Shown here in pieces: positions 58,720 to 64,000 of a stretch of DNA of 64,000 nucleotides (positions within the stretch are counted from its first letter, which is position 1; every line of letters starts with the position of its first letter). The stretch comes from the human T2T-CHM13v2.0 reference genome, Homo sapiens, in assembly GCF_009914755.1 (NCBI RefSeq), contig NC_060932.1. The stretch is one strand, 5' to 3'. Made by a program: the position numbers and the translations under genes. Below the pieces are notes generated by a model. The model searched no databases, was not told where the DNA came from, and saw nothing but the letters and a program-made list of their open reading frames with translations.

Positions 58720-61059
58720 GTTATTCTAATCCTGCCAATGTCCAGTGGTTACCCATGGGGAAAATCCCTCAGTCCTTGAGCATAGCTGGGGCTTCTTCAG
58801 AGCACAAGGAACAGTGGAATCTCAGAGTTTGAAGGAGACTCAGACACCACCTAATTTTTGCTCATCCACGCAGTCACTGACAAAAGGCTATCATACTTAT
58901 TGTCACAGGCCTCCAAGGACAGAAGCTCCTTGCCTCCATTCATGATTGAGTACCACGTAATTGGATAGTCTTCCCTTAGAAGTGGCCTACTGCTCCCTGT
59001 TGTGATCCAGACTGGTTTCTTTTGCTTTGGGCTTCCAAGGGGACAAAGCCCCTGCCTCTGGATGAATGATCTCTGGGACACTTGGAAGTGCCCTTGGCCT
59101 TGTCTTGCCCAGAAACTTCCGAAGGCAAGAGTAGAAATTGTACCTCACCTTGTCTTTGCATCCTGAAGTTCAATGCTTAAGACAGACAGCAATCCTCCCA
59201 CCAACCTCACAGCCCATCCACGCTGGAAGCAGCTGCTCATCTTTATTGTGTCCTGTTATTATACAGACTCAGATGAACTGTTTCTCATTCCTTTCCATTC
59301 ATCAGGTCCAATGTTTTATGTTCAAAATTCAAATGTAAGTCTTCACTTGAAATGGATCGAGGAAGGCAGGAGGAGGCCCCTGGGTATTGCCTCCAAGGGG
59401 AATATGTATTTATAGGGTCTTCAAAGCCCTCAGAGCACTGCTGATACCATCCCCTCTTCCCCAAACCAATCCTCTTTTTGCATTTCCCAAAAACCCAATT
59501 CAACCTGGATCATGGCCTCCATGCAGCAGGAGCTCTGCTCGACATTGGGAAGACAAAGAGGAAAGACCGTCTCTTAAGGCACTCACAGTCCAGCAGGGAG
59601 ACAAAGCACAAACCTATGGGCACTACAATCCGGCTTCTGGGAGGACAGGGTGGTTCTGCCCGGCAGAGCTGACTTAATGCCTCCCAAAGTTCACACGGCT
59701 TCTCATCAAGGGCCTCTCTCATCAGTTCCCTCTCCCAACCTACCATCATCCCCAAATGAACCAGGCATTACACTAGGACCCCCTCAGTCTTCCCCCTAAC
59801 CTGGGCTGCAACTGTTCCCAGCTATTTCTCAACAGAGCAAATCCTGCCAAAAGTAGGATCATGTCCAGAGTAAAAATAACCACTAAACAATCCAATGAGC
59901 TTGATTCAGTTCAGCATTTAGCCCAACAGATGCCTCTGAGCCCTGTATCTTCCACATTTTCTCTAGAGTCTCTAGAGCCTTCTAGCCACGTCCAACAAAC
60001 CCAAAAGTTACTCCTTGGTTTTCTTGCCCAAGTCCCTTAGGTCTCTTTTGGCCGCCTGTACTGATCTGAGCTGACCCTTCTTTGGTTGGTGGTTTCATGG
60101 CTCTGTTCTCCAAGTCACTGCCTCAGCAAACCAATGTCCATGTCTGCTTTCTTCTTACCCCATCTTCCTTCCATCCAGGACAGAAATATGAGGACAAAGA
60201 GGTCTCTGCAGTAGCTATCACTGCCTGACAGAGCATTTTATAGTAAAATTGCATTCACAGTTAAGATCAAGGCTGATGGAAGCCTTCTTGGTGGCCTGTT
60301 GAGCTCTCCATTGGAAGAGTTGTTCTTGGAAATGAGAAGGAGAAAGGGACCATCTCAATGTCCCCATCTGGTAGATCTTGCTTCAACCACTATGAGTGCA
60401 GATGACCCAAGAGAGGAAAAGCTGGGCCAGATCCATTACAGCTAAATTGATTTCCAGCCAGCAGGTGCCAAGGGCGCTCAAAGTGGTCCCTGACACAGTG
60501 GCTGTAGAAGTGAGTTCTAACTCTAGGGAAGATGAAGAAACCCTGACTCCCTTACTATCGATGTTGGGCTGCTGAGCTCACAAGGTGCTCCAACCCCACC
60601 TGGCAAGAATACATAGAACAACCCTATGGGATGGGTTACTCCTATTTAGATAAATTAAAATTACTTCTTTTTTTCCTGGGCACAAAAAGCAAAAACAAAG
60701 ACTTTCTTAATTTCACCAGGGTTTGCAATTGAACACATCTGATTCCCTGACTTAAAGAAATATATATGTATATTTTTCATTTTTGAGCAGGTATTTTTTT
60801 AATGGGGCTTATTTTTGGATTTGAGATCACTGGGCTTCTTGCCTTGTGAATCAATGCTTGCTGCTGTATTGCAAATGCATACATTGGTGACCGCAGTATT
60901 AAGCCAAATTTAAAATCTTAGTCTCCTCCATCTGTAAGTGTTATGTATCTACCTCATTATGATTTTTTTGGTTTCCTGTGCTTTCGTGTTGTGTACAATG
61001 TCAGAGGTGAAATGTAGATAAAAATATATATATATATAAATATATATTTTTTGCTTTGC

Positions 61060-61065
61060 AATAAA
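61060..61065 (+). terminator. Candidate distal poly(A) signal AATAAA
   Basis: Upstream TGTA elements (~60933, ~60993, ~61013) and a U-rich tract, CA dinucleotides ~15 nt downstream, U/GU-rich sequence at ~61108-61145. Confidence 0.45.
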
Positions 61066-64000
61066 GTTCAAAGCTATAACACAGACTATTCCTGAAATAT
61101 CATAGCCTTTTATTGTGCTCTATCTCCTTAGTTGTGAATTGTCTCGGGAAACTTTTTGCCTATTCACGAGAGTCAATATTGTTGTGTTTGTCATTTGATG
61201 AATTATTCTAATTATTTTAACTGTACTTTTTTGACACATTGAATAAGACACTAGGATTCTTGAACAACTCTTGGTTTCAAAGGTGCTTTATTTCTGTGGA
61301 CTCAAGTGATCAAATGGAAGGGAAGTATCTCTGCAGACTTGAATCTTTCAGAAAAAATTATGGATCTCAATGCCATTGGGCTTTGGGTTTAGAACAAAAG
61401 GTTCGTGCGTAGGGGGAAAAAGGAAACATTGGTTTGGCTTTGACTTCTTGACGCTTTTGGTATTTATTGATGTCCAACCTTATTTCTTTTTAATATTTCA
61501 ATTTCTTGGCATGAAATTCGGTATTCATTGACTCCCTGGCATTCTTGTGTGATGTGGCTGCTTTTGACTTTTTGACTCCGCCATTTTCCCTAGGTTGATT
61601 TTATGTGTTGTGCTATTTGGTGGTGAACTATCCTGTGCCCAGCCCCCACCTCTTCTCTAAACGTTCTGGAACTCTGTTTCATACCACATGTTAAGAGGAA
61701 CGGTGATTTGGAAACTTTTGTAGTCTACAAGCCAGCGATGCCATAAAGACTCAAGGTTTCCACAAGAATCTTGACCAGTTACAGTACAGATTCAAGGGAT
61801 TGTGAATAGAAGGTGGATTGTTTGCAATGGATTCCCTTTATTTATGTGCTTGAACAGAATTGCTATCCTTTAGCTAAGCACATGTAGGTTGCGAACCCTA
61901 AATAATTTGTATGGTCCAACCACCCTTGTTTTTCTGTGTCTTTGGCCAAAATCTAAGGCTTTTCTTAAATTCCTTCAATATATTTTAAATGGTATAAAGA
62001 ACAGTCTATAAGTTAGAATAAAAGATCCTTAAAAATGATACTTCAACAAAACCCTTTAAGTATTTTATTATTCCCCAGTTCTAGGGCGCTACGGAAAAGT
62101 GATCATTGAAAGGGGGAATTATTTCCACAAATGGTGACATTGCCCATAAAATACATGCAATGCTATAGAAAAATGAATATTTCATAATATGTTTGTTTTT
62201 CTTTTTTGATTATCATAAATAATTGCTGGTATGTATTAGTAATGGACATTTTAACTTGTATTTGGGGAGGTTTGCTTTCTTTTTTAATGATGCTGAGTAA
62301 GCATTTAAAACAACCTGGCTAGGTTAGACTTTGCCTGTTCTTGACTATTTCTCTCTTTTTATGATATAAAGGTCTGTCTACGAATTGAAATGCAGATAAA
62401 ACATGTACTGAAGGTAGAACACACTGATGTTGATTTGAAGGGAAAAATATAATGATAAATATATATATTTATATATATACACACACGTAAGTAGGTGAGT
62501 GGGAATATATGATATATTCACACACAGGCAAACACACACGTGGGCACAATGACAGTATGCTTCCAAAGTTGGTTTTCTGATTCTGAGGAATTTGCCACCT
62601 CACTGAGCTTCCCAAGATTCCAAAATTTCCTTTGAAATAATTACATGTTTAAGAAAGAAATGTTTTGCTTGTTTTCTGTAGGTACTAGAAAACACAATTC
62701 TTATGATTCCCTATTCTTTCATATCCATTGTGACATATCCATTGTGCACTCAGAGGAGCCTGTTTTTAGGGAGACTTTGGGAGGATCCTTTCTTGTATTA
62801 CCACCTTTCACCCCACCCAATGCCTTGAGAAAATTAGCTGCAGAGCCACCTACACCTGCTCATCTTGTCTCTTGTCTTTCTGTTCATCTCAGTTCCCCAG
62901 TTTTTCCACAGGGGAGGCCTTGTTTCCTGGAGACCCTTCTGAAGTTTGAATACTGGAGTGAACTCTCTTTCCATGCTGGTTCTGGGCCCTCTCCACACCT
63001 GGTGCCGCCCTCCCTGGAATCCCAGCCCCATTGCTCCCCAGGGCACAGATAACGGGAATTTCAGAGTTAGTAGAAGGAATTTTTTGCTGCATCTGTGATC
63101 GAGGCATTTTAGATATACATGTTGGTAGCCCTAAGCATGAGGTTTAATCTATTTCTTATAGAGGAAGGGTTCACAATGGACCAAACTCTAAGGGTAACCC
63201 AAGGAGATGGCATAACAGGACTTCTGACCCAGACCAGCCAGTTTTGTTCTCATAGTGACCTTCTGCTCACTCATGAGCAAAACTCCCTTAGTTGATAGGG
63301 AATCCCTGATATGTCAGAGCCAGTATGGGAATAGGGAAAAAGAATTGAACTTCAATTCACTGTAAAAAGCATTTTCTTCTTTACCTTTCCTTTTCTGTTT
63401 GTAGACCATATTTCTGCAGAGTGGGCTGGTCCTTGGGGCATGACCATTGTTGGGTTATTGTGGGGAGCTTTCTGCACTGCTGGGAGGAAGCTGTAGTTTT
63501 GTTTGCTTATTTTAAATCTCATCATTACACCTCTTTGTTGCCTGGAAAGGGAGAAGATGCTGTCCCCAGGATGTAATCATTCTAGATAGAGATGCTTTCA
63601 GTTCTGTTTATGGTTGCCAGTTGCTATTGAACTCCCAAGGAAATCTCCAGTTTGGAAACCATTTCTGACTGCCTATTTGGGTTCTTGGTTTTCTGCTTCT
63701 GGGCAAGAACAGCTTCTATGCTTTAGGAGCTTTGAAATCACTGGACCAGAGGAAGCAGATGTATTACAATGGGATGTGGCAGATTATGCAAGAATTTCTT
63801 TTACCCTAAACTCAAGGTGTTGTACAGCTCTGGTAGAGGATTTTTGACATTTCGTATGTTCTCAGGCCACTGGGTCTTCCCAGTGACCTTCCCTGCAAGG
63901 ACAATGTGACAGATAATGAATCTATTTTACCCCAGTCGAGTTTCCTTGCCAGAACAGTATTCTCACTTCAAATTCAATTAATCATTTGATTATCAAATAT

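Overview
Human (hominoid-type) genomic DNA covering the 3' half of XKR6 (XK-related membrane protein family), transcribed on the + strand. It holds the end of intron 1, a 197-nt internal coding exon (10207-10403), a 25.7-kb intron, the terminal coding exon (36120-37084, ending ...[10 protein letters not shown]), the 3' UTR and about 25 kb downstream. The window opens inside a young sense-oriented L1PA2-like LINE, whose ORF2 is broken by a 29-bp deletion and which sits against an older antisense L1. The intron carries Alus (one nested in another Alu, one in a MaLR LTR), MaLR LTRs, MER20, MER63-like, MADE1, MIR and L2 fragments, and a ~2-kb composite TA/CA/CT repeat. I found no new multi-gene system, CRISPR array or RNA gene. 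The best leads are an in-frame upstream alternative acceptor for the last exon (+33 aa), a possible very long 3' UTR ending near 61.1 kb, the 2-kb repeat, a degenerate caspase site at the XKR4-equivalent position, and small CTCF, C/EBP-AP-1 and PBX-MEIS motif clusters. Repeat families were recognised by eye from remembered consensus sequences, so subfamilies and the edges of old repeats are approximate.
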